This document shows positions 22,885 to 35,600 of a stretch of 64,000 nt of DNA, in pieces (within the stretch, counting starts at the first letter, position 1; each line of letters begins with the position of its first letter). The stretch lies in NCBI GenBank assembly GCA_950097015.1, contig CATNEN010000039.1, positions 16,492,001 to 16,556,000 on the forward strand, given 5' to 3'. Under the pieces are notes generated by a model. It ran no database searches, was not told the DNA's origin, and saw nothing but the letters and a program-made list of their open reading frames with translations. Origin of the DNA: Macrostomum hystrix. Its lineage: Eukaryota > Animalia > Platyhelminthes. A program made the position numbers and the translations under genes.

Positions 22885-25800
22885 CTGTTTTAGCTCTGCT
22901 ACAGAGCTTAGGAAAGTCGTGCCACTTTGTGTCCATCAGCGAGCTGAACACTTCCGGATCTAGCAGCCTGACTGCAGGATTAGCCGTCCTGTTTGCTGTC
23001 CTAATCCAGTCGTTGTACACACCGGTCAACAGGTCGGGCCCGGTGGTGGGTCCGGCTCCAGTCACGTGACCTGGCACTGAGCTCACCGCTGCCAGCACGG
23101 CCAAGAAGAACGGGTGCCGAGGGATGGCCCCCATAGCGCTGTTCATTGCGGTGAACTCGCGATTGTAGAGAATGCGAGCCTGCACTTGGCGTTCCTGGTC
23201 TAGGAATGCCGGCCCGGCGCTTAGCAGGTCCGGGAAAAACGGTCGCCTGCACTGGACGTCCATGTCCAAGTAGATGCCTGCGATGTTTACATCATTGCAT
23301 TTGCACTCGACAGAATTACACAGCTACGTTCGTGCAACATACGAGGGGTGTCTTAAAAGCGCCCAGAATTTCTATCAGAGCTCTGCAATCCCTCGCTACC
23401 CAGAGTAGCGAGTACATCTACCCAGAGTACTACCTCAGCTGCGAGTAATTACATTTTTGTCATTCATTTTATGTGAGACCGAAATTCATTGACCTTCTCA
23501 GCATGCTCCCAAACTCCTAATGTGGCTAACGTCCATAGCGTATTACTCACAAACATGCTTCAGGACAAGCGTTGCGTGATACTCACAAACATGCTTCAGG
23601 ACAAGCGTGTTACTCACAAACATGCTTCAGGACAAGCGTGGTGTGATACTCACAAACATGCTTCAGGACAAGCGTGGCGTGATACTCACAAACATGCTTC
23701 AGGACAAGCGTGGTGTGATACTCACAAACATGCTTCAGGACAAGCGTGGCGTGATACTCACAAACATGCTTCAGGACAAGCGTGGTGTGATACTCACAAA
23801 CATGCTTCAGGACAAGCGTGGCGTGATACTCACAAACATGCTTCAGGACAAGCGTGTTACTCACAAACATGCTTCACGACAAGCGTGGTGTGATACTCAC
23901 AAACATGCTTCAGGACAAGCGTGGCGTGATACTCACAAACATGCTTCAGGACAAGCGTGGTGTGATACTCACAAACATGCTTCAGGACAAGCGTGGCGTG
24001 ATACTCACAAACATGCTTCAGGACAAGCGTGTTACTCACAAACATGCTTCAGGACAAGCGTGTTACTCACAAACATGCTTCAGGACAAGCGTGTTACTCA
24101 CAAACATGCTTCAGGACAAGCGTGGCGTGATACTCACAAACATGCTTCAGGACAAGCGTGGCGTGATACTCACAAACATGCTTCAGGACAAGCGTGGCGT
24201 GATACTCACAAACAATGCTTCAGGACAAGCGTGTAACTCACAAACATGCTTCAGGGCAAGCGTGGCGTGATACTCACAAACATGCTTCAGGACAAGCGTG
24301 TTACTCACAAACATGCTTCAGGACAAGCGTATTACTCACAAACATGCTTCAGGACAAGCGTGTTACTCACAAGCATGCTTCAGGACAAGCGTGTTACTCA
24401 CAAACATGCTTCAGGACAAGCGTTGCGTGATACTCACAAACATGCTTCAGGACAAGCGTGTTACTCACAAACATGCTTCAGGACAAGCGTGTTACTCACA
24501 AACATGCTTCAGGACAAGCGTGTTACTCACAAACATGCTTCAGGACAAGCGTATTACTCACAAACATGCTTCAGGACAAGCGTGTTACTCACAAGCATGC
24601 TTCAGGACAAGCGTGTTACTCACAAACATGCTTCAGGACAAGCGTGTTACTCACAAACATGCTTCAGGACAAGCGTGTTACTCACAAACATGCTTCAGGA
24701 CAAGCGTATTACTCACAAACATGCTTCAGGACAAGCGTGTTACTCACAAGCATGCTTCAGGACAAGCGTGTTACTCACAAACATGCTTCAGGACAAGCGT
24801 GTTACTCACAAACATGCTTCAGGACAAGCGTTGCGTGATACTCACAAACATGCTTCAGGACAAGCGTGTTACTCACAAACATGCTTCAGGACAAGCGTAT
24901 TACTCACAAACATGCTTCAGGACAAGCGTGGCGTGATACTCACAAACATGCTTCAGGACAAGCGTGGTGTGATACTCACAAACATGCTTCAGGACAAGCG
25001 TGGCGTGATACTCACAAACATGCTTCAGGACAAGCGTGTTACTCACAAACATGCTTCAGGACAAGCGTGTTACTCACAAACATGCTTCAGGACAAGCGTG
25101 TTACTCACAAGCATGCTTCAGGACAAGCGTGGCGTGATACTCACAAACATGCTTCAGGACAAGCGTGTTACTCACAAACATGCTTCAGGACAAGCGTGTT
25201 TCTCACAAACATGCTTCAGGACAAGCGTGTTACTCACAAGCATGCTTCAGGACAAGCGTGTTACTCACAAACATGCTTCAGGACAAGCGTGTTACTCACA
25301 AACATGCTTCAGGACAAGCGTGTTACTCACAAACATGCTTCAGGACAAGCGTGTTACTCACAAACATGCTTCAGGACAAGCGTATTACTCACAAACATGC
25401 TTCAGGGCAAGCGTGTTACTCACAAGCATGCTTCAGGACAAGCGTGTTACTCACAAACATGCTTCAGGACAAGCGTGTTACTCACAAACATGCTTCAGGA
25501 CAAGCGTTGCGTGTTTCTCACAAACATGCTTCAGGACAAGCGTGTTACTCACAAACATGCTTCAGGACAAGCGTGTTACTCACAAACATGCTTCAGGACA
25601 AGCGTGTTACTCACAAACATGCTTCAGGACAAGCGTGTTACTCACAAACATGCTTCAGGACAAGCGTATTACTCACAAACATGCTTCAGGACAAGCGTGT
25701 TACTCACAAGCATGCTTCAGGACAAGCGTGTTACTCACAAACATGCTTCAGGACAAGCGTGGTGTGATACTCACAAACATGCTTCAGGACAAGCGTGTTA

Positions 25801-27127
25801 CTCACAAACATGCTTCAGGACAAGCGTGGTGTGATACTCACAAACATGCTTCAGGACAAGCGTGGCGTGATACTCACAAACATGCTTCAGGACAAGCGTG
25901 TTACTCACAAACATGCTTCAGGACAAGCGTGTTACTCACAAACATGCTTCAGGACAAGCGTGATACTCACAAACATGCTTCAGGACAAGCGTGTTACTCA
26001 CAAACATGCTTCAGGACAAGCGTGGTACTCACAAACATGCTTCAGGACAAGCGTGTTACTCACAAACATGCTTCAGGACAAGCGTGTTACTCACAAACAT
26101 GCTTCAGGACAAGCGTGTTACTCACAAACATGCTTCAGGACAAGCGTGTTTCTCACAAACATGCTTCAGGACAAGCGTGTTACTCACAAACATGCTTCAG
26201 GACAAGCGTGTTACTCACAAACAATGCTTCAGGACAAGCGTGTTACTCACAAACAATGCTTCAGGACAAGCGTATCACTCACAAACATGATTCAGGACAA
26301 GGAGAGTGTACACTGCCTGACAATGAGAAAGTCAGGGCAGATGTTCACACGTGTGTCCCCGCATGCGTACGGTATCTGTGTGCGTGTGCGCTTAGCAGTC
26401 AGCAATATGGGCATAATTGATTTCTCGCTGGCCGCTGGTCTAGTGTCACCCAATGATGTGCCATTGCCCGCAGCCCTCCTACAAGTAATATTATATTTTT
26501 ATTAACCTCCATATTGATACAGCGCCATGTAGCGAATCACATCCGATCGCTGCAAGCCGGTGCCAAGGCTGCGGAACTTGGCCGCGAAGCCTGGGAAATG
26601 GTCCTGTACGAAGGTGTACATGTCCGACTCGCGCCAAAGTACATACTGCCAGTCCGGGTTGAGTCTCAGACAGCTCCTGATGTGAGCAGCGTACTCATTC
26701 GGCACTAGCTCTGTGCTGAAAGTCTGGTGCAAGATTTTTGGGATTTCAGGCCGACGACGAATAATTGCCTCGTCGGCGACTGGGGCGAAGCTGTCAGTTT
26801 GTGTGACATCGTCTTGTCCGGCTTTGTCCAGTGGCTGCAGACTCACGATTATCTGGAAGGCGAATCGGAATGTCAATATTGTGTGGAATGTCAGGTGAGT
26901 GACTAGAGAATGTCAGGTGAGTGACAATGGAATGTCAGGTGAGTGACAATGGAATGTCAGGTGAGTCACAATGGAATGTCAGGTGAGTAACAATGGAATG
27001 CCAGGTGAGTCTGATGTGCATTCTCTGATGTGCCTGTTAGTATAGTACTCATACTCACCACAATACCGACAACAGACAGCGCGCTAATCTTCACAAGAAG
27101 ACGCCGGGGATGGCAAGTGGTTAGCAT
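22885..27127 (-). CDS. GT32-family (Gly_transf_sug, DXD) type II membrane glycosyltransferase. Exons 27127-27059, 26852-26507, 23277-22885; 3' exon(s) unresolved
   Basis: N-terminal TM ISALSVVGIV|IIVSL, IPKILHQT, LNPDWQYVLW, RSDVIRYMALYQYGG|IYLDMDV (DXD), NSAMGAIPRHPFF and TTGPDLLT. GT-AG junctions in frame. Confidence 0.85.
23538..26300 (+). repeat. 31/36-bp satellite (TACTCACAAACATGCTTCAGGACAAGCGTGT)n, ~2.8 kb, in the glycosyltransferase intron
   Basis: Near-identical head-to-tail copies without spacers. Same monomer at 41106-42530 and 44965-45470. Confidence 0.97.
26302..26495 (+). mobile_element. SINE family 2, 3' half, abutting the satellite
   Basis: GTGTACACTGCCTGAC..GTCAGGGCAGATG and CTAGTGTCACC shared with the other copies. 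Confidence 0.75.
26884..27010. repeat. 22-bp repeat (GTGAGTGACAATGGAATGTCAG)n
   Basis: About 6 copies in glycosyltransferase intron 1. Confidence 0.85.
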
Positions 27128-27744
27128 GCGAAAGCCAGGTAAACGCACTAAATTAATCTATATCGCTGCTTCACATTCACTGAGCACAATTAAATTCACC
27201 TACTAATTAATCTTGTTTTGTCTCTTGTTTCTTTTTAAGCTTTGTTAATCGACTAGACAGCCAATCAGAGATGTTTTTAGGTCTCATACTTTGACAGCAA
27301 AAAGACAACGCTATTTTATCCCTAGAGGAAAGGCAACCAAGAGTTGTCTTACTTACCGATAGCTCCCAAACCGAATGGATAAAAATTTTCCACTTTTTAC
27401 GATGAACAAAATTTTAAAACCGTTCGATGTCAGATAAAATTTTGTCAGACACCTCGACGAGAATCGTTGAATAACTCGACGATGCTAATGTTTTGTGATT
27501 CTGGAAGTTTGTTTCATCGAACAGAGCGAAAATTTTTAGTCCGTGTTCTGGAGTTTCATGGGGATTAATGGAATATTTTGGAAGATACAGAAAGAATGGT
27601 CACTTCCAACAACTATTGGGTACCTGTTTATAGGACGGTGAAGATTAGCAGCTTCTATCATCCCAACTGCCTGCGCTGCTTCCGATGCAGCGCATAGAAG
27701 ATGAATTCTACGCAATTCCAGTGAAAGTCGCGACGGTTGCACAC

Positions 27745-28020
27745 TGCTGAAGTGCCGAGGGCCACAATATCCAGCGTGGTTTGGCCGACGCCATCATCGC
27801 TGAGAACCTACCTGGGCACGACCGTGGGCACTGCCAGAGCTTCGGCCATCTCCGAGGGTCAGTCGGTGCCAGCGCTCGTCTTTCTGATCTGCCATAGCAT
27901 CGAGAACTTCATAGCCGACGTCGGCGGCATCATGGGGATCCACCTGGGCATGTCTGCTAACCGTGTGCGAGCTCATCGATCTCATTGTCGACTTGAGTAG
28001 ATCATCCACCTGCTGCCTAA
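27745..28020 (+). pseudogene. DEG/ENaC (ASIC/FaNaC-like) channel C-terminal pseudogene fragment
   Basis: ISSVVWPTPSS resembles the ENaC S..WPS motif. IENFIADVGGIMGIHLGMS is followed, after a frameshift, by LTVCELIDLIVDL, the TM2/selectivity-filter signature (ADIGGxxGLxxGxSxLTxxE). Confidence 0.7.
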
Positions 28021-29269
28021 TTAGCGACGAAGAGCAGCGATTTGCTTCGACTGAACAAGCGGAATCGACTGAACGGCCTCTTTAACATTCAGAGCTGATT
28101 GTGCGCTGTCGAAAGTATTGAAAAGTGTTCTTTGATTTTGAAGGTGGGGACAAGTGGCACAAGCCGAATATGGACACCCTGATACTAATGTTTCTCATTT
28201 CGTTGATCAAGCCTCTATATTGGCCTAAACTCAACTATTTATCGTACTTGCTGAAGTTCCAGCTGATCAGTCCAGATAAAGGTCGGTGACCACCGAAGTC
28301 GGAGATGATGCAGGCACATTCGGGTGACGTGCTGATAAATTTTGAAGGCCTGGCAAGGCCGCAGTGAGGTGCAAATTCGTGTGTAGGGGTGTATGAAATA
28401 CGCTAGCTCCTATGGGAAAACTCGGACCTTCGGCCAGAAACATTGAATATCTCGATGGTCTGAAAGGCTGTCTATTTGATTCTTGTATTAGAAGATGCGC
28501 AACAAAAAGTTGGCCAATGTTCTTGAGTTTCGTGTGCTTGCGTTCCTCCGTTCGGGTGCAGCAAAAATGGGGTAAATCCCCCCTTGATAGTTGTGATGTA
28601 TGACTCGTAGTCCAGGGATATTAGTTGTGGCAGCCAGCCCCAGTCCATGGACTGAAAATAAAAAAACAGCTTCTTTTCAAGCGCCACTTTAATTGGTTTC
28701 ATTTCCGTCTAACTATGCATCTTTTACTTTAAGTAGTAAGTCAAGATTTTTAAAGCGTTAATTTTGAAATTATATAAATTAATTACAATCACTTTACGAG
28801 TCCACTTTTTTACTTACTCAGAATAAAATATTTTAGATTATTACTTCTCTGAGTAGCATTAGTGTCTTATAATAGTGCATCAAGCTTGTAAATACCTTAG
28901 AAAAGACTGGATAGGGGAGAAAAATTCAAAGAAAAATGATCAAAGTCTGCAGTGGAATCAGAGATGCTTTAAGCATGCATCACAAAACCAATTAGTTTGT
29001 CTGTAAAGTTTTTTAGTTAATATTGATGCAAAGCTTTTGTTAAAACACATTCAGCGATATTGATAAGTGTAAAATAGCAATCGTGATTTTTTAACATTAT
29101 ATCATAAAGGGTAGCTAATATATTTTGCTCATAAAATTATATCGATCTGCTGACAAATTTATAGACATAAAAGTCTCATTTAGATGGCGGTAGAGCTGTA
29201 GTATCAGTAAAATTTAAAATATTGTTCTGTTCCATCACAACATTAAAATGTCTGCGATTATTTCAGCTC

Positions 29270-29615
29270 AGTTCTTAATCACTTTGGTTCAATTTCCTAT
29301 CATTTCCGTTCAGTTCCCAGACGTTTTAGTATATTTACTGATCATTTCTGTACTTTTTCCGATATTTCCGTTCAGTTCCTCATCTTTTCCGTACAGTTAA
29401 TGGTCATTTTTTAAAGTCAGTGATCTTTTCTATACAGTTCGGGATCATTTCCGTACAGTTATTGATCATTTCCGTACAGTTATTGATCATTTCCGAACAG
29501 TTAGTGATATCTTCCGTACAGTTGGTGATCACTAATGTACAGTTCGTGATCATTTTTGCATAGTTCTTGATCGCTTCCGTACAGTTTGTGTTCATTTTTG
29601 TACAGTTTATAATAT
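29270..29615. repeat. Degenerate 21-bp tandem repeat (ATCATTTCCGTACAGTTATTG-like)
   Basis: Periodic CGTACAGTT core. Confidence 0.75.
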
Positions 29616-29696
29616 TCTCCGAAGAGTTCCCAGTCATTGCCATCGTCTCTTTAACTTCAGAGTTTACCATTAGCCCGCCAGCAGCGCAATCGCAGT

Positions 29697-32600
29697 CTAG
29701 AGGCTCCCTTTTCTACCGCCGAAGTCACCGGCCAGTCGGCCACGGTGCTCAGGGTTGGCAGTTTTACATCGTCGTCCAACTGCGCTCACTGTCGCCTCTT
29801 CCTCCGGGACGATTAGCTCCAGCGCAGCGTCCTGGTTGTCCTCCTCGATATCGACGACGGTGCACGAGACGTCGACGGTTGTGGACGTCTCACCGACCTC
29901 TGAAACGGCATTTGCTGTTCGATTACTTTTTTCTGACTTCTTCTCCGACGTTTTTTGGAGCTCAAGGTCAACCCAACTGGCGTGGTTTTTCTCGCTGACC
30001 GTCGACATGACCTCCAAGGTCCGTTTGCGCCGGTTGCACGTGATTAGCCGGTAAAGAATCGAGAATTTGTGCCACAGACCGTAGCGAACCCGATTGGCTC
30101 GATAGACCCGATGCAGGAAGTGCATTGTGGATTTGTTCCTGGCGACGCGATCGATAAAGCTGACCAGAGAGGCAATGAGAAAGTTCAGCGTCAGTATGGC
30201 AAACATCAGGATGTAGACAAAGTGCAGAACCTTGATTTCAGTCTTCTTGAACTCCATGCTCAGAGTCGAATTGCCAAACTGACGCGATGTTGGATCGAAC
30301 AAATTCAGCGAGGCGCTGAACACTCGATAGAACTCGCTGAGGAAGCTTGACAAGTCCATGTTGGAGAACTCGCTAAACTCGGCGCCTACCTGGTGCAGAA
30401 TTCCCGCAGTCTGAGCCCAGAACAGGTTGGCGAAGATCACAATGCAAATGATGTAGATGATGCTGAGTTGCAGGAAGCGCTCCAGCACCTGTCGGAACAT
30501 CATCACCGTTTCGCCAAACAGCGGAGCGCTCTCCATCATGTACAGGAAGAGCAGATTGACGCATAGAGCGCACATGTGCAGGAAACTGCCAACTGCCTGG
30601 AAGGCGACTTCAAGGTTTAGCAAGGTTCTCATCACCAATTGGTTGGCCTCCGTTGACGTAAAGTTAGCGCGGACGCCCCTGACAATAGCGCAACCGGCGT
30701 ACTGCAGCAGGCCAAGGGAGCATGGCTGGGTGAAGCAGCTGTTAAAGAAAGCTGCCAGGAGCCAGTAGGCGACCCAGCAGAACAGGCACAGCAACAGCAG
30801 GAGGTCCGTGCTCTGCGTGCGTCTCTTGTAGAGATGGCGATACCGCACACTGCGCCACTTCAGCTTGTAGTGGCTAACAATGACCGAGGCAATGGCACGC
30901 AGCGGAAAAAGCATTGCCTTCAGCAGAATTACCAGCGCAATAATTATGCCAGTCAACTGTGCCACGTGATGACCGTCCGCGATATGGAAATTAAAGTTTG
31001 GCAGGCTATTGGTGCAGAAATTGCCGCGGAACTCAGACAGTAGAGTAGCTAGCCGATCATTGCTCAGGCCAAGTGCGTAACGTATTCTCTTCTCGACGTC
31101 CTCCTTACTCAACATGACTCCGGCGTGGATCGGCACGGACATTCTGTGGGTGGACGGCTTGAGGCACTTTATTGCGGCCAGAGGATCGGCTACCGCGTCG
31201 GATGCGTCAAAAAATGCGTAGGTCATGGGCAGCGGAATGTAGAGAATGCACAGGCAGAGAATCCAAGGCAGCAGTTCAAGAGCTAGAACAATTTTCACAC
31301 TCCAGGAGATGCCCATCTGCAGCATGGCCGGGTGCTGCAGGAAGCCAGATTCGTGCAGACGAGATATCTGTTCCGGCGTTGTTAGCGACGCCAGGAGAGC
31401 CATGGGCGCCCGGTGGAATCGATTGCACCGGCTGCCGACCAGGTACTCGTCCATCAGGTAGTGCTTGGTGATCATATTTCCGTGAACGCTGGACTGTACG
31501 TAGACGCCGGGCAATTCAAGGAACACGATGGCCAGCTGGTAGCACTCCAGGTAGATTGCCAGTTCCAGGCTGTTGAAGTCGAAGTCGTCCAACTGTCTGG
31601 CGGTGGCGCGGCTGTTGGCGGCTCCGCCGCACTTTAGAGCAGTCTCGAGGAACTTGGCGTAGGCGGCTGTTGGTTTCACCTGGGATTTGGGGTGGGGCAA
31701 TATTGGTCTTTAACACTCGAACTTCCCTCTATTTATTTATTACCTTGCAACTAACAAACATTTAAGCATAATTATCCCAGTTTTTTGTTTCATTCGGTTG
31801 CTTCCAAAAAGATCAATAACTTGACTTGAGATGCAGGTGGATGCATCGGAGACGACTTGCTGCCAATTCCGATATCTTTTAGCAACCGACTGAATAGCTC
31901 ACAATACGTAAAAAGCTAATGTTGCAACGTGAGAGTTCTTTGAGAGAAAAAGGCTTGCTGGAGAAAGTTGATGGGCTGGTAAGACCAGTAAGGTGTGTAC
32001 GCTCCTGTAGTACATTCATGGACAGGGAGTGCATTGTCAGTTCTTCTTATTTACTTAAATTAGATGTACGCAAAGTCAGGGAGTAACGCCAGAGATGAGA
32101 AATAACTTTTGTGTAGCCTACAGTGATTAGCAATAAGCAATTTGGCCACAGTGATTAAATATCTGCAGCGAGATGTGAATGTATGAACGCAGAGTTACAA
32201 CTGACGTGAAGTCTTCCAGAATGATTTTTCGCTTCAGAAGCAACAGAACCTACAGGGCAGTCCATCCGGACATTGTTAAAATGTGGCGCCACAAAACCCA
32301 ATGTCTTTTCAGCTTGCAGTCCGCGGACCGAGAAAAAGACCTGCTGCAAATAGAATCGGTTCCCGGAGACCAACTGCTCACTAGAGTGAGCATGAATGTC
32401 AATCTACGAGCGTATGCAGCCGTAGCTTAGTGGCGTTATTGGACGACGTGTGGGTGCTTCTTTCATTTTAATTTTTGACCATTGGTGAGCGTTAATCCGG
32501 TAAACTCGGCACCGACCGCTGAACGCTGAAGCCATCGCTCGCAGCTGCAACCAGTGGAATGACCTGCGGAATCTGTCACCGGGTGCTGAAGCTGCCCGGG

Positions 32601-35600
32601 CTAATATGCAGCTGGACTGTGATGGCCGCATGAGCCTGACTGTTGGTACGTGCGTCTGTCCGAAAGCGTCCTACAAACGTCGATACATATTGAAGAATTT
32701 TAAAAGCGACAAGGATCTAAAGCACCACCAGAAGCGTAAAATTTTTCTTCGTGAAAGACTAGAGCTTCAACTAGAAGCAGATGGCACTGTGACTGAGGAG
32801 TCAAATCTAGTTGAAGGTTCGGTCACGGATGAGGATGACACGAAAGACCTGCGGTCCACTTCTATGTTGTTGTTTGACAAAATGAAGCCTATTCAAAAAG
32901 GCCGTGAAAGGCGAATTTCAAAACAAAAGCGAAGACAAAGAAGACAAAGAAGGAAGCAAAATGACTGGCACGCAACAATTGATTTCTTCGAATCGGACAG
33001 CAGTGGTTCTGATAAAGTTGACGAGTTGAAAAGCGAATTCGACTTGCGCCTCGCGGACGCGATTCAATCAGAACTGGCCAGACACCGACCGCGACGATCC
33101 AGACAATCATGGCCACCAACGCCGCGGAAACAATCTGCTCGACCATGGTTTCAGCGTCCATGCCTCGGAAGCTAGCCTTTGTGTTAGAGCCCGACCTTTC
33201 CGAGTTTGTAGTTTTGGAAGTTATTAAAGAAAGTGAGCTAGAGTGCACAATATTTCTGGTGCATCACGTGTGCTCCAAACAAGAGTTCGCGCCAGTTACA
33301 TCCATCAGAGAATTGAAAAGCCTGGATAATCGTATCGGTGTCCTGCGCTCAAAGTCTGTCTCGATTAAAACGAGCGCTCCATACTTCAAAGAATTTAAGT
33401 ATCGCATCGATGCATTGGCAAAGAGCGTCGAAAATGTCGGAGTCCGAGGCCAGAATGACTGCCATCTGAGCCCTGCCGATGTTCAAGACACCAACCACCG
33501 CACCCATCAATGCCGAGCTGGTGCTAGCGCCCGACTGCGAGATCTGCTGTCAACAGCTGTCCACCGGTGACAGCGTCGACTCTTTCGCCGACGGCGCTAC
33601 CATGCTGAGCGAGTGCGGCCACCGGTTCTGCAACAGCTTCTGGTTGCAGCACGTGTCTGGCAGCATCGCCAGGGGTCGGGCGGACATCTGGTGTCCCGCA
33701 TTCCAATGCAAGACGGCTCTGGACGCGGCCACGCTGCTGTGGTTCTGTCCGGCCGATCTTGTCTCCGCTCTGGGCTCGGCCACATTCCGTTCGTGGCTTT
33801 CCGAGCAAAGCGAACGGCGTCAGCGACGACTGTGCCCTCGGCCGAGCTGCGGTCGAGTGCTCGAGAGTCGGGCCGGGGTGAACACGCTGTGCGACTGCAG
33901 CGGGTGCGGACTGTGCGTCGGCTGCGGGCACGAGCCGCACTGGCCCTGCGACTGCGACACGGCTGCTAAGTAAGTAGTTCAATACGCTCGTAGTAAAAAT
34001 ACCACGGGGGTAATAATGCCCATATTTTTCTTCAAACTGTGTCTCCTAAAATTGTCAATTAATTGCCATGAAAATGCAAACATTTCGGCATCGTCAAGAT
34101 ATTCAAAGATTCTTTTCGGGGTGTCTGCATGCAAAAACAACTTATTGAGGCATAGTTTTTCTGCTCGCAAAATTTCATCATTAAACTATGTCGGCTATCG
34201 ATCTTGATCGAATTCTAATGATTATATTGTTGATTTTTTCATCATTTTTGAGCCTATATGGATTCGAGGTTTAGACAGAGCAATGCAAATTTTTCATGTC
34301 ATCAGGGTATTCGATAAGAATCGCTGAATACCTCGACGATGCGGACGTCGGATGTCGTAATTTAGTTTATCCAAAAGGATCGGCTGCAACCACATGACCT
34401 GTCCGTGCGGTGAGCACTTCTGCTGGTGGTGCGGCCTGCCGATGACGGCTCAGGTCCGTGCAGCAAGCTCAATTCGATCAGTTCGAAATCTGGTTTTAGT
34501 TTCCAGCAAGTGCTCACAGTTAGGGACTCGATTCTACTGCCGAACAGCCGGCAGTCTCGCGTGTACTGCACTGCCGTCCGCATTCGGCTAGCCAGACAGT
34601 CGGCAAGGTGGCTGCAATCGGAACACGCGGCTAGCAGGCTGAACAATTTACTCTCAGCTTACTACACCAGGTGTCAGCTGAAGCTGCTCTGCGTGCCAAA
34701 TCAGCATCGGAGCAGCTTGTACAGGTGGTGAGGCAGGCCAGCTTTGAGGCTGAGTGCACCTACGCTCACCTTAGCAACAGGCAGGGTTCGAAACGCTTGC
34801 AGAATGCGCAATGGAGAAGTGGTGGGCGATCTTTAACGGCCAATATTGGTCAGCTAGTGGAGATTTTGATCAATGAAATTGACCGTTGGATTGCCTGCAG
34901 AAGAAGCGTCGCCTGTTGCATCGCGCAATGGCCGTGAAGGAAATGAGAAGAAGCAACTGTGAATAACGATTCATTTTGGGTTTTAATAAAATAAAATTTT
35001 GAATTACTATGCGTTACAATTCATTAAGAAACTGTAGCGAGAGCTTTGCTACAAAAACATGATTTTGAAAAAAATTACTTTGAAGGTCGGGGGTTCGATT
35101 TCCGACTCCACTTGTGCAATTTGTGTCCATTTGAATTCAGCCAGCTGGGGAATGAGTACCAGTATTATCCGGAGTAATTGAGAGTGGTTTTGGTACCTGT
35201 CCATGGACTGAACAGCCGCGCGCAGCCTTCAGATGTGAACTAAAGCAATGCAGGGTTATCTGTCTTACTAGATGGCACAGATTGAACCAGTGGAGTCTGG
35301 ATTCGAACTCCCGACTTCAAGTTGTGAGTCCACGCTCTAACCACTAAGGTAAAATGCCTCTAAAATAAGGTGAAAAATATACTAAAGTTAAAATGAGGTA
35401 TTGTAAAGTAAAAGTGCACACCTATAGCTTAGCCTCAATTCGTACGCTCAATACTTGCAAACTGCGCGCTATTTTTAGAAAATAGAGCTGAGCAATGCTT
35501 TCGTTTCCAGGCGATGCACTTCATGAATTGACGCGCAATTGCACCACTTTCTATTATTAGTTTTGTCCTACAATTCAAACTTGAAAAATAACTCTAAGCA

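Noticed and set aside
23538-26420. CRISPR-like array and long ORFs (up to 724 aa) in the 31-bp repeat
   Set aside because: Units are head-to-tail with no unique spacers and no cas genes. The ORFs arise because the monomer lacks stops on one strand, and the array sits inside an intron of an opposite-strand gene.
26884-27010. Repeated CAG|GTGAGT donor-like motif on the plus strand
   Set aside because: It is antisense to the host glycosyltransferase intron, and no plus-strand exon is evident upstream.
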